From IMG/VR virus record IMGVR_UViG_3300025137_000229, positions 1 through 27,237 of that record: a stretch of 27,237 nt of DNA. The stretch is one strand, 5' to 3'. A model generated the notes under the pieces. It made no database searches. It saw nothing but the letters and a program-made list of their open reading frames with translations, and was not told the DNA's origin. The position numbers were made by a program, and so were the translations under genes. The DNA comes from a virus. Shown here in pieces: positions 16,619-24,897 of this stretch; positions within the stretch are counted from its first letter, which is position 1; every line of letters begins with the position of its first letter.

Positions 16619-17332
16619 ATGGACATTAAAGAAAAAATCTTAGTAGCACTTGGTCTTAATAAAGGCGAAGATGAAATTAAATTAGCTTGGCAGGGAAAAT
16701 CAGATGATGGAACAATTTTTGTTTCTACTGCTGAAGAATTAGAATCAGGTGTGGATTTTTCGGTACTCACCGAAGATGGCACGACTATACTTGCTCCCAT
16801 CGGAACATATCGTTTGGAATCAGGTGTATCAGTAAGAATTTCTGAGGAAGGAGTAGTTGCTGAAGTTATTGAATCAGAAACTGAAGAAGAAATTGAAGCG
16901 ACTGAAGAAAAAGAAGATATGGCAGATGCTTTTAGTTTTGCATTTCCTGAAACAGATGCAGAAAAAGCTGATTGGGCTAAGTCTTATGAAGAAATGAAAG
17001 ACAAAGTAAATAATTTAATTGATGCAGTTGCTGATCTAAAAAGAGATAAAGATGGTGGTGATGATGAAGTAGAAGAAATGGCTGAAGAAGTAGTAGAGTC
17101 ATCAGATAAACCTAAAACAATTAAGACTACTGAAGTAGTTGAATTTTCAGCAGATGAAGAAATTGAAAAATTAAAAGCTGAGAATGAAGCATTAAAAACG
17201 GAATTAGCAGAAACTCCTGCTGATGCTCCAATTAACACAAATAAATTTAGTTCAGATAGACCAACACTAAATAGAACACAATACAACAAACTTTCTAAAC
17301 AAGAAAGATTTTTATACAATTTAAACAAATAA
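16619..17332 (+). CDS. Scaffolding protein
   Basis: Highly acidic (Glu/Asp-rich) with coiled-coil segments. It lies between the protease and the capsid gene. Confidence 0.7.
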   Translation: MDIKEKILVALGLNKGEDEIKLAWQGKSDDGTIFVSTAEELESGVDFSVLTEDGTTILAPIGTYRLESGVSVRISEEGVVAEVIESETEEEIEATEEKEDMADAFSFAFPETDAEKADWAKSYEEMKDKVNNLIDAVADLKRDKDGGDDEVEEMAEEVVESSDKPKTIKTTEVVEFSADEEIEKLKAENEALKTELAETPADAPINTNKFSSDRPTLNRTQYNKLSKQERFLYNLNK

Positions 17333-17361
17333 ATTAAACAATAACTTAAAAATAAAAAATT

Positions 17362-18291
17362 ATGGCAATAGCAGTAACTAGTTCATATGCGGGGAAAAGC
17401 GCTGGATTCTATATCGCAGCCGCTTTAAAAGAAGCAAAATCATTAGACTTTTTAACGCAAATGAATAACGTGCGTTTTAAGAGTGCAATCCAAACTATGG
17501 CAAACTCAGGTTTCGTTAGAAATGCAACTTGTGATTTCACAGAGAACGGAACACTTACGATGAACGAAAAGGTGATTGAAGTAAAACCACTACAAATTAA
17601 TATTGATTTGTGCAAAAAATCTTTAGTGAGCAGCTGGGAATCGCTAGAGATGAGAGGAGCTTATGGTAATCCTCCTGTTTCATTCACTGATTATGTAATA
17701 TCGTATATGGGAAGCATTATCGCTGATGCAACTGAAACAGGTGTATGGCAAGATAATAATGGTAATGGAGAATTAACAACATCATTCTTACAAGCAGCAG
17801 GTTTATTATTACCTGGTACTGATGCAACAGTTATTCAATCAGCAGCATCAGGAGCTTATACAACAGCTAACATTATAGCTAACTTACAAACTTTAACAGC
17901 AGATATGGCAACTAATGTTCCTGCAATATTAGGAAAAGAAGATACTCATATTTATATGAACTCTAAAACATATGCTCTATATATCTCAGCAGTATCTACA
18001 TTAGGATATGTTAATGCTTACAATATGAATGGTGATTATGAGCCTGTATTTGAAGGATACAAAATTGCAGTTTGTCCAGGAATGATTGACAATCAATTAG
18101 TAGCAGCTCAAAAATCTAATTTATTCTGGGGGACAGATTTAGTTTCTGATTTAGGAACAGATGGAACAGGACCTTCTATAAAAATTATGGATATGTCAGA
18201 TCTTGATGGTTCAGATAATTTAAGATGTGTAGCTCGTTATTCTGGTGCAGTTCAAACAGGAATTGGAGCTGATATTGTAAGACAGTCGTAA
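17362..18291 (+). CDS. Major capsid protein
   Basis: 309 aa, directly after the scaffold. It has a strong A-rich leader (aaaaataaaaaattATGGC) and is followed by a hairpin terminator. The HK97-like fold is inferred from context only. Confidence 0.7.
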   Translation: MAIAVTSSYAGKSAGFYIAAALKEAKSLDFLTQMNNVRFKSAIQTMANSGFVRNATCDFTENGTLTMNEKVIEVKPLQINIDLCKKSLVSSWESLEMRGAYGNPPVSFTDYVISYMGSIIADATETGVWQDNNGNGELTTSFLQAAGLLLPGTDATVIQSAASGAYTTANIIANLQTLTADMATNVPAILGKEDTHIYMNSKTYALYISAVSTLGYVNAYNMNGDYEPVFEGYKIAVCPGMIDNQLVAAQKSNLFWGTDLVSDLGTDGTGPSIKIMDMSDLDGSDNLRCVARYSGAVQTGIGADIVRQS

Positions 18292-18306
18292 TAAATTAAT
18301 TCAAGA

Positions 18307-18335
18307 AGCAGGGGTGTAAAAACCCTTGCTACTTT
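18307..18335 (+). terminator. Putative intrinsic terminator after the capsid gene
   Basis: An 8-bp stem AGCAGGGG/CCCTTGCT (one G-U pair) with an 8-nt loop. The downstream T tract is weak. Confidence 0.5.
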
Positions 18336-18357
18336 AACCTTTAAAAAATAAAAAATT

Positions 18358-18942
18358 ATGGCTTGTACAGCACTTACAAAAGGTAGAGGACTTGATTGTA
18401 ATAGAATCAGTGGAGGAGTAAAGAAGATATTCTTTTCTGTATTTGATGAAGATGTATCTTATACTTATGATGCAACACATCCTTTAGAAATTGATGCAAT
18501 TGATTGGAACGCTACTACTATATATGAGTATGTTATGCCACTTGGTGTAGCTTCAGTTACCGATACTATTACAGGTAGTAGAGAAAATGGAACGATTTTC
18601 TACACTCCACAGGTAAATATTATGCTTAATAAACTTACAAAAGCAGATCAAAACGAGGTTAAGCTTTTAGGAAAAAGTAAAGTAAGGATCTTTGCTCAAT
18701 TAAATCAACAACTAGCTAATGGACACGATGTGTTTATTGCATTAGGAATGGCAAATGGATTAGAACTTAACGCAGGTACTATGGATTCAGGAGCAGCGTT
18801 TGGAGATAGAAATGGGTACACTCTTACATTTGATGGGCTTGAAGCATTGCCTTTCGCTTTCTTAGAAGATTACACTACAACACCTTGGGATCAAAGTGGA
18901 TTTATTAATGAAGCAGGAACTTTTCCAACTGTTGGAGCTTAA
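18358..18942 (+). CDS. Abundant structural protein, possibly major tail/tube protein
   Basis: 194 aa with the same 19-nt leader as the capsid gene (aaaaataaaaaattATGGC). It is bracketed by two terminators, implying high independent expression. Beta-rich. Confidence 0.5.
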   Translation: MACTALTKGRGLDCNRISGGVKKIFFSVFDEDVSYTYDATHPLEIDAIDWNATTIYEYVMPLGVASVTDTITGSRENGTIFYTPQVNIMLNKLTKADQNEVKLLGKSKVRIFAQLNQQLANGHDVFIALGMANGLELNAGTMDSGAAFGDRNGYTLTFDGLEALPFAFLEDYTTTPWDQSGFINEAGTFPTVGA

Positions 18943-18976
18943 TATTTCTTAGTAGTTTTCATATATTTCTTAGATT

Positions 18977-19005
18977 AGGGTGGGCATTGTCCACCTTTTT
19001 CTTTT
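18977..19005 (+). terminator. Intrinsic terminator
   Basis: GGTGG (18979-18983), 7-nt loop, CCACC (18991-18995), then TTTTTCTTTT. Confidence 0.75.
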
Positions 19006-19011
19006 AATAAG

Positions 19012-19044
19012 CAAATAAAAACAGACTTTTTCTATTATATAGTA
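19012..19044 (+). promoter_or_regulatory. Late motif copy 5: CAAAT-N14-TCTATTATATAGT followed directly by ATG
   Basis: CAAAT at 19012-19016. The core starts at 19031. ATG at 19044. Confidence 0.55.
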
Positions 19045-19523
19045 TGATACAAGCAATTACTGAAACTAATTTAACGACTTATCTTCAAACAGAGGACAAT
19101 CGTATAGACACTTCAGTTAGTTCTGACAAGATAAGATACTTAGTAAAATTCACTAATGATATGGATAAGTCAATACAATATGCTTATTCAACAGTTCATT
19201 TAATATACAACAGATACACTAAGTTTGTGTTTGATTATAATGCTACTCCTGATGTTTATACAGGCAAAGTTAATTTTTTACCTGCGGGATTTTGGAAATA
19301 CGAAGTTTATGAAGTAAGTTGGACTGGAGCAGTGGCTATAAGCTCAGGAAACGCACCTGTAACAGAAGATGATGTTTTACCAATAGGAGCTACCCACGGA
19401 GTAGTTCAAGGGCTTGTAACAAAAGGAAAAATGTATGTAGCAGAGAAGTCAGGAACAGAACAAGTACAATACACACAAAGGCAAGAGCCAAGTGGCACAA
19501 ATTATATATATTACGGACAATAA
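19044..19523 (+). CDS. Hypothetical structural-module protein
   Basis: 159 aa, first gene after late motif copy 5. Confidence 0.65.
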   Translation: MIQAITETNLTTYLQTEDNRIDTSVSSDKIRYLVKFTNDMDKSIQYAYSTVHLIYNRYTKFVFDYNATPDVYTGKVNFLPAGFWKYEVYEVSWTGAVAISSGNAPVTEDDVLPIGATHGVVQGLVTKGKMYVAEKSGTEQVQYTQRQEPSGTNYIYYGQ

Positions 19524-19534
19524 AAAATTAAAAA

Positions 19535-19819
19535 ATGGCAATAGAAAACGTACAACAATTATTAACTGAGCAACTAGGTAAAAACAGATGTGATGTAATA
19601 GCAACAACAGCAATGACAGGGAAAGACTATTATGCAGCTTTTTTTCCTGTTGAAAGTGTTATAGCTTCAATAACAGCAGCTAATGCAACAACAGCAACAG
19701 GATCAGCAATTGCAAACTTACATACAACAATACCTGCGGGAACTACAATCTTTTTAAACATAACTGCAATAACTTTAACAAGTGGTGTTGCTTTATGTTA
19801 CTATGAACAAGTTCTATAA
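19535..19819 (+). CDS. Hypothetical structural-module protein
   Basis: 94 aa, Ala/Thr-rich, with an ATGGCA start after an A-rich leader. Confidence 0.6.
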   Translation: MAIENVQQLLTEQLGKNRCDVIATTAMTGKDYYAAFFPVESVIASITAANATTATGSAIANLHTTIPAGTTIFLNITAITLTSGVALCYYEQVL

Positions 19820-19986
19820 TGAAATTAGCATTAGGAACATCATTAAGCTCTAATAATCCTGGAGGAGGTAGGTCTACTGCTTTAATAGTAGATGCCTTTC
19901 AAAGAAGAGTAGTATCAAGAGGTGGAGTTTTTGAAGCAAAGTCTTGTTTGACTACACAATTAAATGCACTAAAAAATATAGCGTAA
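19819..19986 (+). CDS. Small ORF (55 aa) not in the ORF track; possible fibre-associated protein
   Basis: TAATG overlap with the upstream stop. It translates as MKLALGTSLSSNNPGGGRSTALIVDAFQRRVVSRGGVFEAKSCLTTQLNALKNIA and fills an otherwise non-coding gap before the fibre gene. Confidence 0.5.
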   Translation: MKLALGTSLSSNNPGGGRSTALIVDAFQRRVVSRGGVFEAKSCLTTQLNALKNIA

Positions 19987-19987
19987 T

Positions 19988-21625
19988 ATGAGTTTATTAG
20001 ATGATGTAAGTTTAATGATAACCCCTAATGGGGTGAAGGCAAATGTATTATTTGGAGTATTACCTACACCAACAATAGGCAATGAACTTATAACAAATGG
20101 AGATTTTGCTACAGATAGTGATTGGACAAAACTAAATGGAAGCACTATAAGTGGTGGAGTAGGAAATGTTGTTGCAAATGGGGCTCTTTCTTCCACAGGT
20201 GCAAATTGGAGTTTGTATCAAGAAAATGTATTTACTCCTTCAACAACTTATAAGATAAAATTTAGAGCAAGACAAACAAGTGGAGTAGGGTCTTTTCAAG
20301 TGGCTTATAGTTATGCTTATATATTCAACCAAGTTATTACTAGTAGTTTTGTAGATTATTCTATTGATTTTACTACTAATTCTTCAGGGTGGCATTATTT
20401 ATCTTTTGGTGGTGGAGTAATAGGTAATACTTTTGAAGTGGACAACGTATCAGTAAATGAATACACATCAGCAGATATGGACTTCACTAGAGCAACTACT
20501 GCTACAAAAGTTAATTCAGCAGGATTAGTAGCAAGTGTTGCAACAGGAGTACCTAGACTAGACTATACAGGTGGTGGATGTCCTCATATATTAGCAGAAC
20601 CACAGAGAACTAATACTTTAACATATTCTCAAGATATAGATAATTCTGATTGGGCAAAATCTGATGTTACTGTTGTAGCAAATTCTACCACAAGTCCTGA
20701 TGGCACAACTAATGCAGAAAAAGTAACAAAAGATGGCAATAGTGTAAATGATAGAATAAGTCAAGTAGTGTCAGGTGGTGTAACTAGTTCCAGTAAATAT
20801 TCTGTAAGTGCTTTTGTAAAAAATAATGACAATGCAACAGGAGCTAAAACTACACTTGCAGCTAAAGTTACAAGTGCTACATTATTTAGATTGACTTTTG
20901 AATGGACAGGAAATATTTTAGCAATATCAACAGGGCATAATTCAGGAACAAGAACAAATGAATTTTGTGAAGATTATGGTAATGGATGGTATAGAATAGG
21001 ATTTAATTATGAAGCAGATGGAACTGCTTCAACTTATAGATTAGATGTAGATAGAACAAATGCTAGTGCTACAACAGGAATTTTTGTTTGGGGATGTCAG
21101 CACGAAGCAGGTTCATACGGAACATCATACATACCAACAGTTGCAGCATCAGTAACAAGAAATGCAGAAACATTTACAAGAACAGGTATAGCAGATTTAA
21201 TTAATGATAGTGAAGGGGTATTGTATGTAGAAGCAAAAACAACTTATGATAGTTCAAAATCAAGAAGAATAAGTTTGTCAGATGGGACTATCGGTAATAG
21301 AGTTTCTTTAGAATTTGATGATTCAGTAGAAAATAAAATAAAAGCATTTATATCTCTTAATGGCACAAATCAAATACTAGAATATACTGCTCCAAATTTA
21401 GCACAATTTAATAAAATTGCTATAAAATATAAAGTAAATGATTTTGCTGTTTGGTTTAATGGAACAGAAGTGGTTACTGATACTTCAGGAGATGTTCCAA
21501 CAGGAATGACTCGGCTAGGGTTTGATGGCGGAAGTGGGGGAGATGACTTTTTTGGAGAAGTAAGAAATATACAAGTATATAAAACAGCATTAAGTGATAC
21601 TCAATTAGATGATTTAACATCATAA
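19988..21625 (+). CDS. Receptor-binding tail fibre protein with CBM-like N-terminal and LamG/concanavalin-like C-terminal domains
   Basis: ELITNGDFATDSDWTKLNG is typical of CBM4_9-type sugar-binding modules. The C-terminal FFGEVRNIQVYKTALSDTQLDDL matches the usual end of LamG (Laminin_G_3) domains. Confidence 0.6.
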   Translation: MSLLDDVSLMITPNGVKANVLFGVLPTPTIGNELITNGDFATDSDWTKLNGSTISGGVGNVVANGALSSTGANWSLYQENVFTPSTTYKIKFRARQTSGVGSFQVAYSYAYIFNQVITSSFVDYSIDFTTNSSGWHYLSFGGGVIGNTFEVDNVSVNEYTSADMDFTRATTATKVNSAGLVASVATGVPRLDYTGGGCPHILAEPQRTNTLTYSQDIDNSDWAKSDVTVVANSTTSPDGTTNAEKVTKDGNSVNDRISQVVSGGVTSSSKYSVSAFVKNNDNATGAKTTLAAKVTSATLFRLTFEWTGNILAISTGHNSGTRTNEFCEDYGNGWYRIGFNYEADGTASTYRLDVDRTNASATTGIFVWGCQHEAGSYGTSYIPTVAASVTRNAETFTRTGIADLINDSEGVLYVEAKTTYDSSKSRRISLSDGTIGNRVSLEFDDSVENKIKAFISLNGTNQILEYTAPNLAQFNKIAIKYKVNDFAVWFNGTEVVTDTSGDVPTGMTRLGFDGGSGGDDFFGEVRNIQVYKTALSDTQLDDLTS

Positions 21626-21627
21626 TT

Positions 21628-21954
21628 ATGAATATATATAAATTACATTATACAGATAAAGCAGTAGGAGATGCTGACTTACTAGCAAAAGGAGTCTATG
21701 AAGTTATAGATGGTGAAAATGTTTATACTAACGGAACACAGGCAGTATGTTATATAGGTAAGATTGTAGAAGTTCCTGCAACTTACAATCCTGATGGCAC
21801 GATATTAACTCCTGCTATTTATTTTGATGGGGTGTTTTATGATGTAATGACAACTGAAGAAATAGATTTTTCACCTAATGAAGTATATCCTGATCATTAT
21901 GTTCATACATTTGCAGGTTACCCAACACATCCTGTAATAGAAGAAGAAATATAA
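21628..21954 (+). CDS. Hypothetical protein
   Basis: 108 aa, between the fibre and portal genes. Confidence 0.6.
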   Translation: MNIYKLHYTDKAVGDADLLAKGVYEVIDGENVYTNGTQAVCYIGKIVEVPATYNPDGTILTPAIYFDGVFYDVMTTEEIDFSPNEVYPDHYVHTFAGYPTHPVIEEEI

Positions 21955-21964
21955 AATATAAAAT

Positions 21965-23968
21965 ATGAAAGACAATATTATTAACATTAACTTAGAAACT
22001 AGCACAAGTCCAATAGTAGCTGAAGTAAGAGGAAGAGATTGGATAGAATATGGTACAGAAGATTGGAGAAACCTCTACCCTCAGTTTCTTATAGACTTAT
22101 ACTATTCTAGTTCTATCTCAGCAGCTATTATAAATGCAACAGCAGAGATGATCGCAGGAGAAAATCTTATTATAGAAGATGAAGAAGATAGAGATTTAGA
22201 AGCAAGAGTTAAATTGCAGAACTTTATGGATAGAGCAAACGGGAATGAGAGTTTGCACGAAGTCTTAAAAAAAGTGGCTTTTGATTTTAAATTACAAGGA
22301 GCTTTCGCACTTAATATTGTATGGAGTAAGGATAGAACACAAATTGCTGAAATATACCACGTAGCAGTAGAGAAAATAAGATGTGCTAGACCTGATGAAT
22401 TTGGTAAGACTAAAGGCTACTACATCTCAGCAGACTGGTCAAATACTAGACAAAACAAACCTTATTATGTTCCTGCCTTTAATGCTAATGATAGAACTTC
22501 AGCAAATCAGATAATGTATACAGGTCTTTACAGTCCTAATATGAACTCTTATTATACCCCAGATTATGTAAGTTGTAATAACTGGGCTTTAATTGATTCA
22601 AGAGTTTCTGAATATCATCTTAATAATATTAGCAATGGTTTTGCAGGTAGCTTTATGATTTCCTTTGCAAATGGTGTTCCAACACAAGAGGAGAGATTTC
22701 AGATAGAACAAAGTCTTACTGAAAAATTTTGTTCAGAAACCAATTCGGGTAAATTTGTGCTTACATTTAGTGATGATAAAACTAGAACACCTGAAATAAC
22801 TCCTATAAGTACAAGTGATCTTGACAAGAGCTATATCGCACTTCAAGAATTACTCACTAGCAACATTCTCAGTGGGCATAGGGTTACTTCTAAGACACTT
22901 ATGGGTATTGATAGTACTAATGGGTTCTCAAGCAATACAGATGAGCTTATAAACGCAGCGGATTTTTATAGACAAACTGTTGTAAAACCCTACCAGGACC
23001 ATATTGTTAAAATGCTTAGAAAAATATTCCAAGTTAATAATATGGATATGCCTGTAAACTTTGTACAACTTAAGCCAATTACTGTTCAGTTTGATTCTAA
23101 AACAATCAGAGAAGTTATGACTACTGATGAAATTAGAGAAGAACTAGGGTTAGAACCTTTAGATACTGAAGATGTTGTTGTAGAAGATGAAACAAGACAA
23201 GATTTTAGTAAAGTAGGGATGATAGATGGTAAACCTGTTTTTAGCACAATAGAAGAAGCTGAAGCACACGCAAAGACTTTAGGGTGCGAGGGGTATCACG
23301 AACACGAATATGAAGGTAAAACGGCTTATATGGCTTGTAAAGACCATTCAGAAGCAACAGAGCTATCTAAGTTCATAACTGAGTTTGGAGAAGATATTTC
23401 TGAAGATTGGGAATTAGTAGATGAAGAAGTTGTAGATGGAGAACATCAAGATTTTAACTTTGAAACAGAACTTAATGATTTAGTTAATGAAAAATTAGAA
23501 TTAGCATCAACAGGAACAGCAAGACCTAATGCTAGAAGTAGCCAAGATGGAACAAACAAGTCTGACAATGACTTTTACAAAGTTAGATATGTTTATACTA
23601 AAGATAACTTTCTAAGTCAAGAAGGAGAAACTAGAGAGTTTTGCAAATTAATGACATCAGCTTCTAAAGTTTATAGGAAAGAAGATATTTTACAAATGAC
23701 TGATAGAGCAGTCAATCCAGGTTGGGGACCTAGAGGTGCTGCTACATATTCAATATGGTTATATAAGGGTGGTGGCAACTGCCATCATTTCTGGCTTAGA
23801 AGAATTTACAAAACTTCTTTAAGAGGAGCTAAAAGTAATATTAAGCCAAGTGAAGCAATCTCTTATACTAAGGCATTATCAGAAGGATTCACAGCAGAAA
23901 AGAACGATAATTTAGTTGCAAGACCACCAAAAAGAATGAAGAACCAAGGATTTTTAGAACCAAGATAA
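21965..23968 (+). CDS. Portal protein fused to a C-terminal MuF/SPP1 gp7-like head-morphogenesis domain
   Basis: The portal-like core includes FANGVPTQEERFQIEQSLTEKFCSETNSGKFVLTFSDDK...DLDKSYIALQELLTSNILSGHRVTSKTLMGI. It is followed by an acidic linker, then LGCEGYHEHEYEGKTAYMACKDH. The C-terminus GETREFCKLM...NPGWGP...YKGGGNCHHFW resembles MuF-type domains. Confidence 0.7.
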   Translation: MKDNIININLETSTSPIVAEVRGRDWIEYGTEDWRNLYPQFLIDLYYSSSISAAIINATAEMIAGENLIIEDEEDRDLEARVKLQNFMDRANGNESLHEVLKKVAFDFKLQGAFALNIVWSKDRTQIAEIYHVAVEKIRCARPDEFGKTKGYYISADWSNTRQNKPYYVPAFNANDRTSANQIMYTGLYSPNMNSYYTPDYVSCNNWALIDSRVSEYHLNNISNGFAGSFMISFANGVPTQEERFQIEQSLTEKFCSETNSGKFVLTFSDDKTRTPEITPISTSDLDKSYIALQELLTSNILSGHRVTSKTLMGIDSTNGFSSNTDELINAADFYRQTVVKPYQDHIVKMLRKIFQVNNMDMPVNFVQLKPITVQFDSKTIREVMTTDEIREELGLEPLDTEDVVVEDETRQDFSKVGMIDGKPVFSTIEEAEAHAKTLGCEGYHEHEYEGKTAYMACKDHSEATELSKFITEFGEDISEDWELVDEEVVDGEHQDFNFETELNDLVNEKLELASTGTARPNARSSQDGTNKSDNDFYKVRYVYTKDNFLSQEGETREFCKLMTSASKVYRKEDILQMTDRAVNPGWGPRGAATYSIWLYKGGGNCHHFWLRRIYKTSLRGAKSNIKPSEAISYTKALSEGFTAEKNDNLVARPPKRMKNQGFLEPR

Positions 23969-23970
23969 CT

Positions 23971-24531
23971 ATGGCATACGTATTATTTATATCAGAAGAA
24001 AAACTTAAAGACTCAACAGCAATCAATTTGAATGTTGATGTTAACCTATTACTACCTTATGTAAGACAAGCACAAAAGCTTTATGTAGAGCCTAAGTTAG
24101 GTACTGACTTATATGAAGCATTAAAAACTAAAATTACAGGAGGTACATTAACAGGAGCTTATAAGACTTTAGTAGATGACTATATAGGTGATATGCTACC
24201 TAATTGGGCATTTTATCACGCAATACCTTTTCTAAGATTTAAGATAGAAAATGGTAATATTTACTCAAAAACATCAGAAACTGGCAGTCCATTAAGCACG
24301 GAAGAAAGTCAGCATTTAAGAGAAGAAATAAGAAATACTGCTGAGTATTATACAGAAAGAATGATAGAATATGTAACTAATAATACTACTGACTTTCCTG
24401 AGTACAATACAAATAGTGGTGCTGAAATTTCTCCTGATAGAAATGCATACTATAACGGAATGAATCTTGAAAGACCAACACCACAAGGTAGTAAATTAAC
24501 ATTAAGAAACTTTTTAACAGCAGGAGAATAA
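23971..24531 (+). CDS. Head-tail connector/adaptor-like protein (tentative)
   Basis: 186 aa directly after the portal. The pattern ISEEKLKDSTAINLNVD..LLLPYVRQAQKLYVEPKLGTDLYEAL resembles gp6-like connector N-termini. Confidence 0.4.
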   Translation: MAYVLFISEEKLKDSTAINLNVDVNLLLPYVRQAQKLYVEPKLGTDLYEALKTKITGGTLTGAYKTLVDDYIGDMLPNWAFYHAIPFLRFKIENGNIYSKTSETGSPLSTEESQHLREEIRNTAEYYTERMIEYVTNNTTDFPEYNTNSGAEISPDRNAYYNGMNLERPTPQGSKLTLRNFLTAGE

Positions 24532-24612
24532 TGAAGAAACATTATAAACCTAAATTAATAAACATAACAAAGCTAAAATCCTACTTGGATAAGAAGCCAA
24601 AACAAAAAACAA

Positions 24613-24771
24613 ATGACAGATCTAAAAGACACAATACAAGTAGGAGTAGCTAATGCTTCAGCAATTGGAGTATCATTAGTAGAAGCAAATGAATTACTAA
24701 CTTTTGTTTCATTAATATTAGCAATAGGGTTTACTGTCTATAAATTTATCAAATTTGAAACTAAAAAATAA
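24613..24771 (+). CDS. Small membrane protein (52 aa), holin/antiholin candidate; not in the ORF track
   Basis: MTDLKDTIQVGVANASAIGVSLVEANELLTFVSLILAIGFTVYKFIKFETKK has a hydrophobic helix and a charged C-terminus. It lies immediately upstream of the putative lysin. Confidence 0.5.
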   Translation: MTDLKDTIQVGVANASAIGVSLVEANELLTFVSLILAIGFTVYKFIKFETKK

Positions 24772-24897
24772 ATGGCTAATAAAACTGCTTCAAGTTCTTA
24801 CAAATCTTCTAAGAAGAAAAGAAAAGGAATCCACTCCAAAAATGCTTCTAAAGGACAAAATGGTTACAAAAAAACATACAGAGGTCAAGGGCGTTAA
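24772..24897 (+). CDS. Very basic 41-aa ORF overlapping the start of the lysin gene (uncertain)
   Basis: MANKTASSSYKSSKKKRKGIHSKNASKGQNGYKKTYRGQGR. Its ATG directly follows the stop of the upstream ORF, with an A-rich leader and the ATGGC context used by the abundant late genes. Confidence 0.3.
   Translation: MANKTASSSYKSSKKKRKGIHSKNASKGQNGYKKTYRGQGR

Noticed and set aside
24531-24653. 40-aa basic ORF (MKKHYKPKLINITKLKSYLDKKPKQKTNDRSKRHNTSRSS) coupled by TAATG to the connector-like gene
   Set aside because: It overlaps the more convincing 52-aa membrane ORF (24613-24771) by 41 nt and has a low-complexity Lys-rich composition. It cannot be excluded, but there is not enough evidence to call it.
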